Assembly (NCBI RefSeq): GCF_009914755.1
Contig: NC_060938.1
Reading direction: 5' to 3' (one strand)
Source of the DNA: the human T2T-CHM13v2.0 reference genome, Homo sapiens
Length of the DNA: 64,000 nucleotides
The notes under the pieces were generated by a model. It did not search any database and was not told the DNA's origin. It saw nothing but the letters and a program-made list of their open reading frames with translations. A program made the translations under genes and the position numbers. Numbering within the stretch: the stretch's first letter is position 1; each line of letters opens with the position of its first letter. This document shows positions 26,355-40,284 of the stretch, one piece after another.

Positions 26355-28030
26355 ATCCCCGATATAGTGATGTGAGTGGGCTGCCATTCTTTTCCCTAAA
26401 ACCAACTACAAATACTCAACAAAATACTTGTCAAAAACATATGTATCAGAGTTATCGAAATTGACCAAATAGGAAGAAATGCATTCTTGGGAAATCATGG
26501 AACTTTGAGCAAAAACAATGGAAGTCTGTGGCATAATCCCCTGGGGCCATTCTCATCCACCCAGACTTGCAGTGCTGTAGTTCCCCGAGGATGAAGAAAA
26601 ACCCAGAAACCATTGGCTTCACCGTCAGAGGTGATTCTCTTAACTTGGAGTGGAAGGCAGAAAAACCTATATCCACACTGTCAGTAAAAGTAGCAATATC
26701 AGTAGCAAGTGAATGGAGAAGATCAGCAGCTCTGATTGCCTGAGGTTGCAGTTCTGGTTAGAGAAGGCGAGGGATCAGCTAACTAGCCAGAGTTGTAATA
26801 GCTTTATATAAGGTCTCCATACATCACTGGCCACCTTCTGCATGCATGTGCCGGAGACCAGTGGGATTCCAAGATAAACACATATTCCTGGATGGCCAGG
26901 TGACTAGGAGACTGATCGCTTATGCAGACGAGATGCAAAGAGGCCCAGAGACAAGCCCGGTACATCTGAAAACTGCCGGATGTTTGAAGGCACACTCCAG
27001 CGTGCTTCTGCACAGTCTCTAACCAGTTGTTGCCCGACCACTAAGCAACGCGACAAAAAGGTGACCTCTAAGATTCAAGATTTAAAAATGAAAAGAATAG
27101 GTAAATAAAACTGACCACAAACGTGAATATTTACACACTGCTATAGAGACAGATTTTACAGATTTATTACAGGAAAATCACTAAGCAATAAACAAAGACA
27201 ACAATGGCACATCTCATGGAGGGAAATCAGAATCCAAAGTTGCTAAAATATATTATCTGTGACCAGTTTTCAGCAACAAGAAAAAAGCATCAGATATGCA
27301 AAGAAAGAGGAAAGCATAGCACATCTCAGGGTAAGTTAATAAAAGCTCTCTCTTTTTTTTATGGGCACTAATGCTGGATTTAGCAGACAAAGATTGTAAA
27401 GCATATGTTTTATATACATATTCAAAGGGCTAAAGAACATAATGTTTAAAAAGTTGAAAGAAAGTATAATGTCAATGTTTCCATGATGTAAGAATTTTAA
27501 TAAAGAAACTGAAACATTTAAAATGGAAATTCTTGTGTTAAAAGTACAATTTTGAAGAATATATATTGTTAAATATACATTTTTATGAACTCAGATTTAT
27601 ATAAAGATACTGAAATGAACATAACATTGTATTAGACAAATTGGTCAATGGAACAAAATAAAGTCTAAAAGCAGACCTCACATACATGATCAATTCATTT
27701 TCATCAAAGGTACTCTGGTAATTCAATAGGGAATTTTCAGTAACTGCTGCTGGAAAAACAAGAATTATGAGAGAGAAAAACAAAATGTGATCCCTACTTC
27801 ATAACATACACGTAGAATTAATTTGACATGAGCCATAGATCTAATAGTAAAAGTCACAGCTATTATTTCTTCCCAAAATTATAAGACAATATGTTAGACA
27901 TTTTGGGGTAGGCAAAGCTTTTTTAAATAAGACACATACACACTAGTTAGTCAAGAAACAAAATTATCAAATAAACTCATCTGCCATAAAAATACCTACT
28001 CTCTGAATGACAACTTGGAGAAAATGTTTA
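26355..28030 (+). mobile_element. Old L1M 5'UTR/ORF1-start region joined to an ORF2 fragment
   Basis: Old L1 5' motifs (CAGAATCCAAAGTTGCTAAAATATATTATCT, GATTTAGCAGACAAAGA) and ORF2 motifs (GACAAATTGGTCAATGGAACAAAATAAAGTC). Confidence 0.6.
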
Positions 28031-28081
28031 AAAAATATTTTAAACTTTATTGTAAGATGAGTAAAATATGACCTAGTTAAT

Positions 28082-29989
28082 GTTTTTTTCCAAGTTTAAT
28101 TTTTAATTTTCGTGGGTACATGGTGTATATACTTATAAGGTATATGAGATATTTTAATATAGACATACAAAGAGTAATAATCACATCAAGTTAAATGGAG
28201 TATTCATCACCTCAAGCAATTTTTCTTTCTTTATATTACAAACAATGCAATTATACTCTTTTAGTTATTTTTAAATGTACAATAAATTATTGTTGACTGT
28301 TGTCACCCAGTTGTGGTGCCAAATACTTGAACATATACATTACATCTAGCTATATTTTTGCACACATTAACCATCCCCACTTTCCCCTTCCACCACCTCC
28401 CACCATTCCCAGCCTCTAGTAACCATCATTCTATTCTCTACTTCCAAAAGTTATGATTTAATTTTTAGCTTCCATAAATAAATGAGAACATGGGAAGTTG
28501 GTCTTTCTGTACCTGGCTCATTCCACTTAACATAATGAACTCCAGTTCCATCCATGATGTGGCAAATGACAGAATCTTATTCTGCTTCATGGCTGAATAG
28601 TACTCCATTGTGTATATGTACCGCATTTGTTTTTCATCCATTCATCTATTGATGGACACTTACATTGCTTTCAAATCTTGGCTATTGTGATTAATGTTGC
28701 AATAAATATGGGAGAGAAGCGATCTCTTCCACATACTGATTTCTTTTCTTTTCTGTATATACTTACCAGTGGAATTGCTGGATTATATGGTAGTTCTATA
28801 TGGGGGGAACCCCTAAACTGTTTTCCATACTGGTTATACTAATTTACATTCATACCAACAATGTGTGAGGGTTTCCTTTACTCTACATCCTCACCAGGAT
28901 TTGTTATTCCCTGTCTTTCGGATAAAAGCCATTTTAACAGTAGTGAGATAATATTTTATTGTAGTATGATGTTGAAAACTTTTTCATGTACCTATTTGCT
29001 ATTTATATGTCTCCTTTTGAGAAATATCTATTCAGATCTTTTGCTCATTTTTAAACCGGATTATTAAATTTTTCCTGTAGAGTGGTTTGAGCTCCTTATG
29101 TATTCTGGTTATTAATCCCTTGTCAGCTGGATAGTTTGCAAATATTTTCTATTCTGTAGGTAGTCTCTTCACTTTGTTGATTGTTTTCTTTGATTTGCAG
29201 AAAAATTTTAACTTGAGGTGATTACATTTGTCCATTTTTCTTAGGTTGCCAGTGGCTGTAGGATATTACTTTAAAAATCTTTGCTGAGACCAATGTCCTG
29301 AAGATTTTGTTTAATGTTTCCTTGAAGTAGTTTTATAGTATGAGGTCTTAGATTTAAGTCTTTAATCTATTTTGATTTTATTTTTGCACATGGTGAGATA
29401 TAGGATTCTAGTTTCATTTTTCTGCATATGGATATCCAGTTTTCCCAGTACCATTTATTAAACAGACTCTCCTTTCCTCAATGTTTGTTCTTAGCACCTT
29501 TGTTGAAAAAGAGTCTACTATGGATGCATGAGTTTGTTTCTGGGTTCTCTATCATATTCCTTGGTTTATCTGTCTGTTTTTATGCCACCACCATGCATGC
29601 TGTTTTGGTTATTACAGCTTTGTAATATCATTTGAAGTTAGGTAATGTGATTCCTCCAGTTATTTTGTTGTTGTTGTTTTTATTTGTTTGTTTTTTTCAT
29701 TTTGCTCTGTATGGCTTTGGCTATTCTGGGGCTTTTATGGTTCCAGGTAAGTTTTAGTACTGATTTTTCTATTTCTGTAAAGAAAAATTAAATGGTATTT
29801 TGATAGAAATTGCATTGAATCTGTGGGTTTTTAGAGAATATGGACATTTTTAAGATATTAATTATTCTAATCAATGAACATGGAATACCTTCCCATTTAT
29901 TAGTGTCCCCTTAAATTTCTTTCATCAGTATTTTATAGCTTTCATTGTAGAGATCTTTCACTGCTTTGGTTAAGTTTATTCCTAGGTAG
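28082..29989 (-). mobile_element. L1MA2/3-like element, 3' part (continues at 34733-35487)
   Basis: L1MA 3'UTR (GTGGGTACATGG...AATAATCACATCAAGTTAAATGGAGTATTCATCACCTCAAGCA) followed by antisense ORF2. Confidence 0.88.
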
Positions 29990-30224
29990 TTTTTTTTTTT
30001 AAATTATTATTATTATACTTTAAGTTCTGGGATACATATACAGAACGTGCAAGTTCGTTACACAGGTAAACACATGCCATGATGGTTTGCTGCACGCATC
30101 AACCTGTCATCTACATTAGGTATTTCTTCTAATGCTCTCCCTCCCCTAGCCCCCCACCCACTGACATACCCAGTGTGTGATGTTCCTCTCCGTGTATCCA
30201 TGTGTTCTCACTGTTCAGCTCCCA

Positions 30225-32612
30225 CTTATGAGTGAGAATGTGTGGTGTTTGGTTTTCTGTTCCTGTGTTAGTTTGCTGAGAATGATTGTTTCCAGTTTCA
30301 TCCATGTACCTGCAAAGGACATGAACTCATCCTTTTTATGGCTGCATAGTATTCCATGGCATATATGTGCCACATATTGTTTATCCAGTCTATCATTGAT
30401 GGGCATTTGGGTTGGTTCCAAGTCTTTGCTATTATGAACACTGCTGCAATAAACATATGTGTGCATGTGTCTTTATAGTAGAATGATTTATAATCCTTTG
30501 GGTATTGATATATACCCAGTAATGGGATTGCTGGGTCAAATGGTATTTCTGGTTCCAGATCCTTGAGGAATAGCCACAGTGTCTTCCACAATGGTTGAAC
30601 TAATTTGCACTCCCACCAATGTGTAAAAGCATTCCTATTTCTCCACATCCTCTCCAGCATCTGTTGTTTCTTGACTTTTTAATGATTGCCATTATAACTG
30701 GTGTGAGATGGTATCTCATTGTGGTTTTGATTTGCATTTCACTAATGATCAGTGATGATGAGCTTTTTTTCCATATGTTTTTGGCTACATAAATGTCTTC
30801 TTTTGAGAAGTGTCTGTTCATATCCTTTGCCCACTTTTTGATGGGGTTGTTTGTTTTTTTCTTGTAAATTTGTTTAAATTCTTTGTAGATTCTGGATATT
30901 AGCCCTTTGTCAGATGAATAGATTGCAAAAATTTTCTCCCATTCTGTAGGTTGCTGGTTCACTCTGATGATAGTTTCTTTTGCTGTTCAGAGCTCTTTAT
31001 TTGAATTAGACCCCATTTGTCAATTTTGGTTTTTGCTGCCATTGCTTTTGGTGTTTTGTTTATGAAGTCTTTGCCCATGGCTATGTCCTGAATGGCATTG
31101 CCTAAGTTTTCTTCTAGGGTTTTTATGGTTTTAGGTCTTATGTTTAAGTCTTTAATTCATCTTGAGTTAATTTTTGATAAGGTGTAAGGAAGGGGTCCAG
31201 TTTCAGTTTTGCTGCATATGGCTAGTCAGTTTTCCCAACACCATTTATTAAATAGGGAATCATTTCCTCATTGCTTGTTTTTATCAGGTTGGTCAAATAT
31301 CAGATGCTTGTAGAGGTGTGACATTATTTCTGAGGCTTCTGTTCTGTTCCATTTGTCTATATATCTGTTTTGGTACCAGCACCATGCTGTTTTGGTTATT
31401 GTAGCCTTGTACTATAGTTTGAAGTCAGGTAGCATGATGGCTCCAGCTTTGTTCTTTTTGCTTAGGATTGTCTTGGCTATATGGGCTCTTTTTTGGTTCC
31501 ATGTGAAATTTAAAGTAGTTTTTATTTTTAAAATTCTGTAAGAAAGTCACTGATAGCTTGATGGGGATAGCATTGAATGTATAAATTACTTTGGACAGCC
31601 TGGACACTTTCACAATATTGATTCTTCCTATTCACGAGCATGGAATGTTTTTCCATTTGTTTGTGTCCTTTCTTATTTCGTTGAGCAGTGGTTTGTAGTT
31701 CTCCTTGAAGAGGTCCTTCGCATCCCTTGTAAGTTGTATTCCTAGGTATTTTATTCTCTTTGTAGCAATTGTGAATGGGAGTTCACTCATAATTTGGCTC
31801 TCTGTTTTTCTGTTATTTGTGTATAGGAATGCTTGTGATTTTTGCACATTGATTTTGTATCCTGAGACTTTGCTGAAGTTGCTTATCAGCTTAAGGAGAT
31901 TTAGGGCTGAGACAGTGGGGTTTTCTAAATATAAAATCATGTCATCTTCAAACAGAGACAATTTGACTTCCTCTCTTCCTATTTGAACATGCTTTATTTC
32001 TTTCTCTTGCCTGATTGCCCAGGCAAGAACTTCCAGTTCTATGTTGAATAGGAATAGTGACAGAGGGCACCCTTGTCTTGTGCAGGTATTTAAAGAGAAT
32101 GCTTCCAGCTTTTGCCCATTCAGTATGATATTGGCTGTGGGTTTGTCATAAATAGCTCTTATTATTTTGAGATATGTTCCATCAATACTGAGTTTATTGA
32201 GAGTTTTTAGCATGAAGTGGTGTTGAATTTTATTGAAGTCCTTTTCTGCATCTATTGATATAGTCATGAGGTTTTTGTTTTTGGTTCTCTTTATGTGACA
32301 CATTATGTTTATTAATTTGTGTATGTTGAACGAGCCTTGCATCCCAGGTATTATGCTGTCTTGATCATGGTGGATAAGCTTTGTGATGTGCTGCTGGATT
32401 CAGCCAGCCAATATTTTATTGAGGAGTTTTGCATCAATATTCATCAGGGATATTGGCCTGAAATTTTCTTTTTTTGTTGTGTCTCTGCCAGGTTTTTGTA
32501 TCAGGATGATGCTGGCCTCATAAAATGAATTAGAGAGGAGTCTCTCTTTTTCAACTGTTTGGAATAGTTTCATAAGAAATGATACCAACACCTCTTTGTA
32601 CTTCTGGTAGAA
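30225..32612 (-). pseudogene. L1 ORF2 RT/C-terminal remnant
   Basis: ORF 31632-32342 ([22 protein letters not shown]) plus fragments at 30600-30962 and 30215-30466. Confidence 0.92.
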
Positions 32613-34732
32613 AAAAGAATGAAAAGGAACAAACAAAGCCTCCAGGAAATATGGGACTCTGTGAAAACACGAAAACTACTTTGATTGGTGCCTGAAAGTG
32701 ACAGTCAGAATGGATCCAAATTGGAAAATATTCTTCAGGATATTATGCAGGAGAACTTCCCCAACCTAGCAAGGCAGGCCAACATTCAAATACAGGAAAT
32801 ACAGAGAACACCACAAAGATACTCCTCAAGAAGAGCAACCCTAAGACACATAATTGCCAGATTCACCGAAGTTGTAATGAAGGACAAAATGTTAAGGGCA
32901 GCCAGAGAGAAAGGTCGGGTTACCCACAAAGGGAAGCCCATCAGGCTAACAGTGGATCTCTCATCTCTCTGCAGAAACCTTAGAAGACTGAAGAGAATGG
33001 GGGCCAATATTCTACATTCTTAAAGAAAATAGTTTTCAACCCAGAATTTCACATCCAGCCAAACTAAGCTTCATAAGCGAAGGAGAAATAAAATCCTTTA
33101 CAGACAAGCAAATGCTGAGAGTTTTTGCCACCACAGGTCTGCCTTACAAGAGTTTTTGAAGGAAGCACTAAATATGGAAAGGAAAAACCAGTGCCAGCCA
33201 CTACAAAAACATAAATTGTAAAGATCATCAAGAATATAAAGAAACTGCATCAAGTAACAGGCAAAATAGCCAGCTAGCATAATAATAACAGCATCAAATT
33301 GACACATAACAATATTAACCTTAAATGTAAATCAGCGAAATGCCCAAATTAAAAGGCACAGATTGGAAAATTGGATAAAGAATCAAGACCCATCAGTGTG
33401 CTGTATTCAGGAGACCCATCTCATGTGCAAAGACACACATAGGTTCAAAATAAATGGATGAAGGAATATTTACCAAGCAAATGGAAAACAAAACAAAGCA
33501 GGGGTTGCAATCCTAGTCTCTGATAAGACAGACTTTAAACCAACAAAGATAAAAGAACAAAAAAGAAAGGCATTACATAATGGTAAAGAGATCAATGCAA
33601 CAAGAAGAGCTAACTATCCTAAATATATATGCAATTATTACAGGAGCACCCCGGTTCATAAAGTAAGTTCTTAGAGAACTACAAAGAGACTTAGATTCTC
33701 ACACAATAATAGTGGGAGACTTTAACACTCTACTGTCAATATTAGACAGATCAACGAGAGAGAAAATTAACAAGGATAGTCAGGACTTGAACACAGCTCT
33801 GGACCAAGTAGACCTAATAGACATCTACGGAGCTCTCCACCCCAATTCAACAGAATATACATTCTTCTCAGCACCACATCACACTTATTCTAAAATTGAC
33901 CACATAATTGGAAGTAAAACACTCCTCAGCAAATGCAAAATAACGGAAATCATAACAAACAGTGTCTTAGATGATAGTGCAATCCAATTAGAACTCAGGA
34001 TTAAGAAACTCACTCAAAACTGCACAACTACATGGAAACTGAACAACCTGCTCCTGAATGACTACTGGGTAAATAATGAAATTAAGGCAGAAGGAAATAA
34101 GGTCTTTGAAACCAATGTGAACAAAGACACAACATACCAGAATCTCTGGGACACAGCTAAAGCAATGTGTAGAGGGAAATTTATACACTAAATGCCCACA
34201 GGAGAAAGCGAGAAAGATCTAAAAATCAACACCCTAACATCACAATTAAAAGAACCAGAGAAGCAAGAGCAAACAAATTCAAAAGCTAGCAGAAGACAAG
34301 AAATAAGTAAAATCAGAGCAGAACTGAAGGAGATAGAGACACGCAAAATACTTCAAAAAATTATGAATCCAGGAGCTGTTTTTTTGAAAAGATTAACAAA
34401 ATAAATAGACTGCTAGCCAAATAATAAAAAAGAAAAGAGAAGAAAAAAACAGACACAATAAAAAATGATAAAGGGGATATCATCATTGATCCCACAGAAA
34501 TACAAACTACCACCAGAGAATACTGTGAACACCTCTACACAAATAAACTAGAAAATCTAGAAGAAATGGATAAATTCCTGGACACATACATCCTCCCAAG
34601 ACTAAACCAGGAAGAAGTTGAATCCCTGAAGAGACCAATAACAAGTTCTGAAATTGAGGCAGTAATTAATAGCCTACCAACCAAAAAAAGCCCAGGACCA
34701 GACAAATTCACAGCTGAATTCAACCAGAGGTA
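32609..34732 (+). pseudogene. L1 ORF1 C-terminal half and ORF2 endonuclease remnant (inverted arm)
   Basis: VPESDSQNGSKLENILQD (32685-33023) and [21 protein letters not shown] (33712-34191). Confidence 0.92.
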
Positions 34733-35487
34733 ATTCGTTTTATTTGTAGCTATTTTAAATGAGATTACTTTCTTGATTTCTTTTTCAGATTGTTCACAGT
34801 TGACATATAGAAATGCTAATAATTTTTGTATGTTGATTTTATTTACTGCCACTATGCTACACTTTGTTTTTGAGTTTCGATAGACTTTTGGTGGTCTGTA
34901 GGTTTTTACAAATACAAGATTATGTCATCTGCAAACAAGAATAATTTGACTTCTTCCTTTTCGGTTTAATTGCCCTGTATTTCTTTCTCTGATATGATTG
35001 TTCTAGCTAGGACTTCCAGTACTGTGCCGAATAACAGTGGAGAAAGTGGCCATCCTTGTTGTGTTCCTAATCTTAGAGGAAGTATTTTCAGTTTTTCCCA
35101 TTCAGTATCATACTAGCTGTGGGACTGTTGTATATGACTTTTATTGTGTTGAGGTAAATTTCCTCTATACCCAGTTCTTTGAGGGTTTTTTTTTAATCAT
35201 GGAGGGATGTTGCGTTTTATCAAATGCTTTTCAGCAGCAGTTGAAATGATCATGTGGTTTGTTTCCTTCATGCTGTTGATATGATGTTCACACTGTTTGA
35301 TCTGCCTATGTTGAATCATCATTGCATTCCTGGGACAAATCCCACTTGGTCATAACAAATGATCTTTGTAATGTGTTGTTGGATTCAGTTTGGTATTTTG
35401 TAGAAGATTTTTGCATCAATATTCATCAGGGATATTGGTCTATAGCGTTCTTTCTTTGATATGTCTTTTTCTGGTTTTGGTATAAGG
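34733..35487 (-). mobile_element. Continuation of the host L1MA (ORF2 RT region), 5'-truncated
   Basis: ATGTCATCTGCAAACAAGAATAATTTGACTTC (antisense FADD region) through GCATCAATATTCATCAGGGATATTGG. Confidence 0.85.
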
Positions 35488-35499
35488 GCTTAGGGCAAG

Positions 35500-35705
35500 G
35501 GACTAGGGTTCTAACATATGAAAGTGTCTTAAAAGGAGGTGGTTGGGGGTACAAGCTCTGGACTGATTAGCTTATGTATAAAAATTGTGCTCACAGGCAA
35601 GTAATTTTATATACTAGGAATCAGCTAATTTTAGGAGGCACAATCCCTCCTGGGTCAGCAAGGCACCAGATATCAGAGCCTCAAGATTTAAGAAAATATA
35701 GTTAA
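35500..35705. mobile_element. Possible old LTR fragment
   Basis: TCACAGGCAAGT...CTAGGAATCAGCTA...CAGCAAGGCACCAGATATCAGAGC resembles an old LTR family; not assigned. Confidence 0.35.
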
Positions 35706-35769
35706 TACATATTTTTTAAAAAATTCCTGTAAGCTTATTTTTATGTTTGTCTCTGTTTTCTGTCTCTGT

Positions 35770-35903
35770 CACAACACCATAGTCTCCTTGAAGGTGGGGA
35801 TCATATTTCTTGTTATATCTGTCTCCTCACATATGGCCTATGCACAACAATGCCCAACTTGTACATACATTCATGTACTTGTTGAATACGTGAATAAATG
35901 AAG
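35770..35903 (+). mobile_element. L2 3' end
   Basis: CTCCTTGAAGGTGGGGATCAT...TTGTTGAATACGTGAATAAATGAA. Confidence 0.55.
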
Positions 35904-36921
35904 AAATAGCATTTTGGTTTTTTTCTATATCTTTTTAATTTCCATTTTAGCCTGTTATTTAATATAATTAATTTTATTTTTGTGACATAAATTGTTTATG
36001 CTCTTTTTTTCAATTTTCTGAAAACTGACAAATGCTGGATTTAAGAATGTCTCTTTTTAACAATTTAACTAAATGACACTTTGAATTCTCTCTTTTGAAA
36101 CTGAAACATATTTTGCTAAGCCAACACTGTCTATAAAACTTGCATTTGAGGATAAAACTGAAAGAAAAAATAATAAATATATTAAACCCTTTCCCAAAAT
36201 GCCTCTTTTCTTGAGAGGAACTAGTATGAATTTTTTTTTTTTAACTGAGGGAAAGAGTATATATCTCTTTTTATTTCCAAGCTCCCATCCTCAAATGTAA
36301 GTTTAAAGGCAGGATTGAAATCATGTTTCTCAAATCAGCGCTTCTTGCATTGTATAGTGTTAGATGTCTTTGTTCCTATAAAAACCTTGCCTTCTTTCCA
36401 GGGCCTCATAAGAATAATGTAGTATTATTCTTGTCACTGCCAATTAAGTGTATTGCTTCAGTTTTAATAGGAAAATCTCTAGATTTGTGTAGTGTAGTAC
36501 AAACCATGATATTTTACATTATTGACGTTTTTATAATTATTGCTTTTGTTGTATTTTTTCTTTAAAAAGTCTGTTTTTTAGAAATTATAACTAAGCATTT
36601 GTTGACAATATAAGATGCCTTTTGCATTTCTTTTAAACTACAAACTTTATTTTTAAGACATGGAGTTACCTAGCAGACAAAATAGCCCTGTCCTTCAGGG
36701 TAGAGGTAACCTTAAAAAGTAGCTGATTGATAAGCTATAGAGTCTTGATGGCAAATGAGTATGATTCTTCCTAACCTATGAAATTATAAATAATTTTCAT
36801 TTTCAGAAGAAAAGTTTGCAAATGGAAAGTGTGAAACTTGGTATGCCTGAAAGAATAATAGTTTCCCCTGTTGCATAAGCCTTACTGTGCATTTTATTAA
36901 TGGCCTTGTTTTATTAGTTCC

Positions 36922-37272
36922 TGTATTAAGTCTGTTCTCATGCTAAGACATGCCTGAGACTGGGTAATTTATTTTAAAAAAAGTTTTAATTGACTCACAG
37001 TTTCACAGAGCTAGGCGGGCCTCAGTAAGCTTGCAATCATGGCAGAAGGAGAAGCAAACACATACTTCTTCACATGGGAGTAGAAAAGAGCAGAATGAGA
37101 GTGCAAGCAGGGGAAATGCATCAGATCTCATAAAACTCACTCATTATCATGAGAACATCATGGAGGAAAGTGCCGCCATGATTCAATTACCTCCATCTGG
37201 TCCCACCCTTGACACATGGGGATTACAATTCAAAGTGAGATTTGGGTGGGGACACAGAACCAGACCATATCA
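36922..37272 (-). mobile_element. THE1 (THE1C/D-like) solo LTR
   Basis: TGTATTAAGTCTGTTCTCATGCT...GAGATTTGGGTGGGGACACAGAACCAGACCATATCA. Perfect 5-bp TSD GTTCC at 36917-36921 and 37273-37277. Confidence 0.93.
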
Positions 37273-39055
37273 GTTCCCGATGCAATTATACTTGTAAGAG
37301 GAAAAAAGAATCCCTATGGACAAGTCAGGGTAGTTAAAGGGAACAATCCACTCTTCTTTAAAATGGGGAAGACACTGAGATCTTTTATAGAAATATTGTC
37401 TTATTATTCTATTATCTATCTCATCATACACCATACATGATGGTGCTAAGAATAGATCTTAGTTGAAGTAATTTACAAATGTCAGCAAGCATATACACTT
37501 CCTTTTTTGCAAGTATCTTTGCAATTACACTAGTCTTTAAGATTCTCAGAATATTTGAAGTTTAGCAAGTTAGCACATATCATTACTTTTTATTTCTTTT
37601 TGGAGTAAATGTATGCAATAAACTCTCCTTTCATATTCAGCTCTTTACTGTGTTGTAAATGCAGCAGATTAAATACATTTTTGGAGGAATGGAAAGTGAA
37701 GGGGTTAGCCAAATTTAAGTCATTTCTTCACCACTGAATTTTTCAAGCATTTCTAATTTATATCACCTGCAGTGAGTTTTTCAACATGTAAATTTGGACT
37801 CAAAAGGCTAAAGAAGCATATGCCACCAAGACATAACTCTGGAGAACTACAGGATTAATTGCATGAATTTAATATAAGCAGGATAGTTGTTTATCTACCA
37901 AATTTTACAGCAGGGGTTAGCGAAACTGTATAGTCAATAAATATTTGGAAAACATCTTTCCTCTTCCTAGGTATCTTCTTTTAATTTATGTTTAAACTTT
38001 AAAATGAATTCACATGTTTGCCCATTTCTTTGGCTATGTCTCTAAAAATATGCTCACTAAAGACATCTTGGAACTTTTTCTATACTTGGATTTATCACTT
38101 TCCTGACTACCTGATGTTGATTCCTCAAAGACATCTTTCTATTCTTTCATCACTAGCCCAACTGTTACTGTGTTATGAATTAATCTAATAGCTTTCTCTT
38201 CCTGCCCATGTCTTCCACACACTTAAAAATTTGGTAATTTAATGCATTCTTGTTATCAGATTTACGTTCTTCTTGAAACATAATTCCTCCCTTTCATTGT
38301 TTCTCAAACTGGGGTATTGTATACCTTAAAATAGACCAGTAGGCCCTTGAAACCAAAGGAAAGATACACATGGTACATGGATATTGAGTGTCCAGGGGTT
38401 TTGTTGTTTGCTTTTTAATATCTGTGGGGAAAAACATTGGTAGGTTTTGAAATTATACCAATTAATGTAAAATACAATATAAAATTGGGATTTATTTAAA
38501 GGTGATTATAAACCTGTAATTTACACTTGACTTACAATGTATATGATGGATTTCCATATCCTTATTATTCATTAAAGAACTTCCATATTTTAGCTGCTAC
38601 TATTTTACTCATGTAATAAACAAGGCATGGAAAAATAAAATCCCTCAAGGACATACTTTCAATAAACTATGGATTCAGGATTGTAATACAGGCATTAGGG
38701 CCAAGGAAGCTCAGCTTTTAAGCAGTGATATATTACCTCATGGAAATTTTATTCTTTCTTTATAGTGGTGTGCAGTAGACATTTGAAAGCACTACTTCAT
38801 TGCATGACATAAAAAAGATTTATTAAATGGTCCTATACATGTCCAATATCATCTTCAATCTCCCATGTTTATGCACTCGAATTCTACTGTCTTCTTGCCA
38901 TCTTTTCTTCTACTTCTGTATCATTGCCCATACTGTTTCTGTTGCTTGAAACCTCTCCTTTTCTCCTTTGTTTTCTTTTTCATTGCCCAACTTTCAAATC
39001 AAATAGTACCATTTTTATGAATCTCTGACTCTTGAAAAACAATTTTTTATTTCAT

Positions 39056-39369
39056 TTTCATTTTTATTTTACTTTTATTTTTTTGAGATGCAGTCTCACT
39101 CTGTAGCCCAGGCTGCAGTGCAGTGGCACTATCTTGGCTCACTGCAATCTCTGTTTCCCAAGTTCAGGTGATTCTCCTGCCTCAGCCTCCTGAGTAGCTG
39201 AGACTACAGGTACAGTGTGCCAACATGCCTGCCTAATTTTTATATTTTTAGTAGAGACAGGGTTTCACCACGTTGGCCAGGCTGGTTTCAAACTCCTGAC
39301 CTCAAGTGATCCACCCGCCTCAGCCTCCCAAAGTGCTGAGATTACAGGAGTGAGGCACTGCGCCCAGTC
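39056..39369 (-). mobile_element. AluS (Sx/Sz-like)
   Basis: Full antisense dimer. TSD AATTTTTTATTTCAT (39041-39055) / AATTTTCTATTTCAT (39370-39384). Confidence 0.95.
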
Positions 39370-39901
39370 AATTTTCTATTTCATCTTTAATCCATGGCAT
39401 CTCATATATACTTTCATTATACCACTTGTCATATATTAATATGTTATTTTTTCTGCAAAGGCTGAAACTTTCGGAAAGAAAAAAGCAAAGCATGTTCTCT
39501 TTTTAAATTCTAGTGCTAATACAGTATCTACTTCAGAGAAAGTGTTAAATGAAAATTAGATGAGTTAATGAAGGATTTTATTCAGCTACTGGAACTTTCT
39601 TGGTATCCGACACAAAGTTCTTCATCTCAAACTGCATTTTTAAATTTGGTTTCCATATCCAAGGATATAATTCAAGATTTATGGCCCTTTTAGAAACCCA
39701 ATCTTTGATTATATGGTACATTTAGTGACTTAATTATTATGTCATAGAAATTATTTCACTGACTCAAGTTGTACTGAAGTACTTCTCAGGCAGGCTCTCA
39801 TGCTCAGAACTACGTACTGGTTATTTTCTCCCTCTGAATTGATGTTTCTCTTGATTTCTCTAACGGTGACACCTTCTTTTTTTTGTGGAATGATTTTGTG
39901 A

Positions 39902-39911
39902 TTTTATTTTT

Positions 39912-39945
<34 letters not shown>

Positions 39946-40281
39946 TTATACTTTAAGTTCTAGGGTACATGTGCACAACGTGCAGGTTTGTTACATATGT
40001 ATACATGTGCCATGTTGGTGTGCTGCACCCAGTAACTCGTCATTTAACATTAGGTATATCTCCTAATGCTATCCCTCCCCCCTCCCCCCACCCTACAACA
40101 GGCCCTGGGGTGTGATGTTCCCCTTCCTGTGTCCATGTGTTCTCATTGTTCAATTCCCACCTGTGAGTGAGAACATGTGGTGTTTGTTTTTTTGTCCTTG
40201 CGGTAGTTTGCTGAGAATGATGGTTTCCAGCTTCATCCATGTCCCTACAAAGGACGTGAACTCATCATTTAGTATTCCGTG
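39902..40281 (-). mobile_element. Short 5'-truncated L1PA4/5-like element with (TTTA)n tail
   Basis: TTATTATACTTTAAGTTCTAGGGTACATGTGCACAACGTGCAGG...ACTCGTCATTTAACATTAGGTATATCTCCTAATGC. Confidence 0.92.
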
Positions 40282-40284
40282 TTT

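Larger units (their letters stand above)
29990..34732 (-). mobile_element. L1PA8-like element with twin-priming 5' inversion (minus arm 29990-32612, plus arm 32609-34732)
   Basis: PolyT tail, 3'UTR and RT lie on the minus strand. After an abrupt switch, ORF1 3' half, inter-ORF and endonuclease lie on the plus strand. The host L1MA resumes in register afterwards. Confidence 0.93.

Noticed and set aside
33380-34470. Second L1 supplying the endonuclease segment missing from the first L1
   Set aside because: The two elements are independent insertions with their own junctions, and this endonuclease is itself broken by stops and frameshifts. The complementarity is coincidental.
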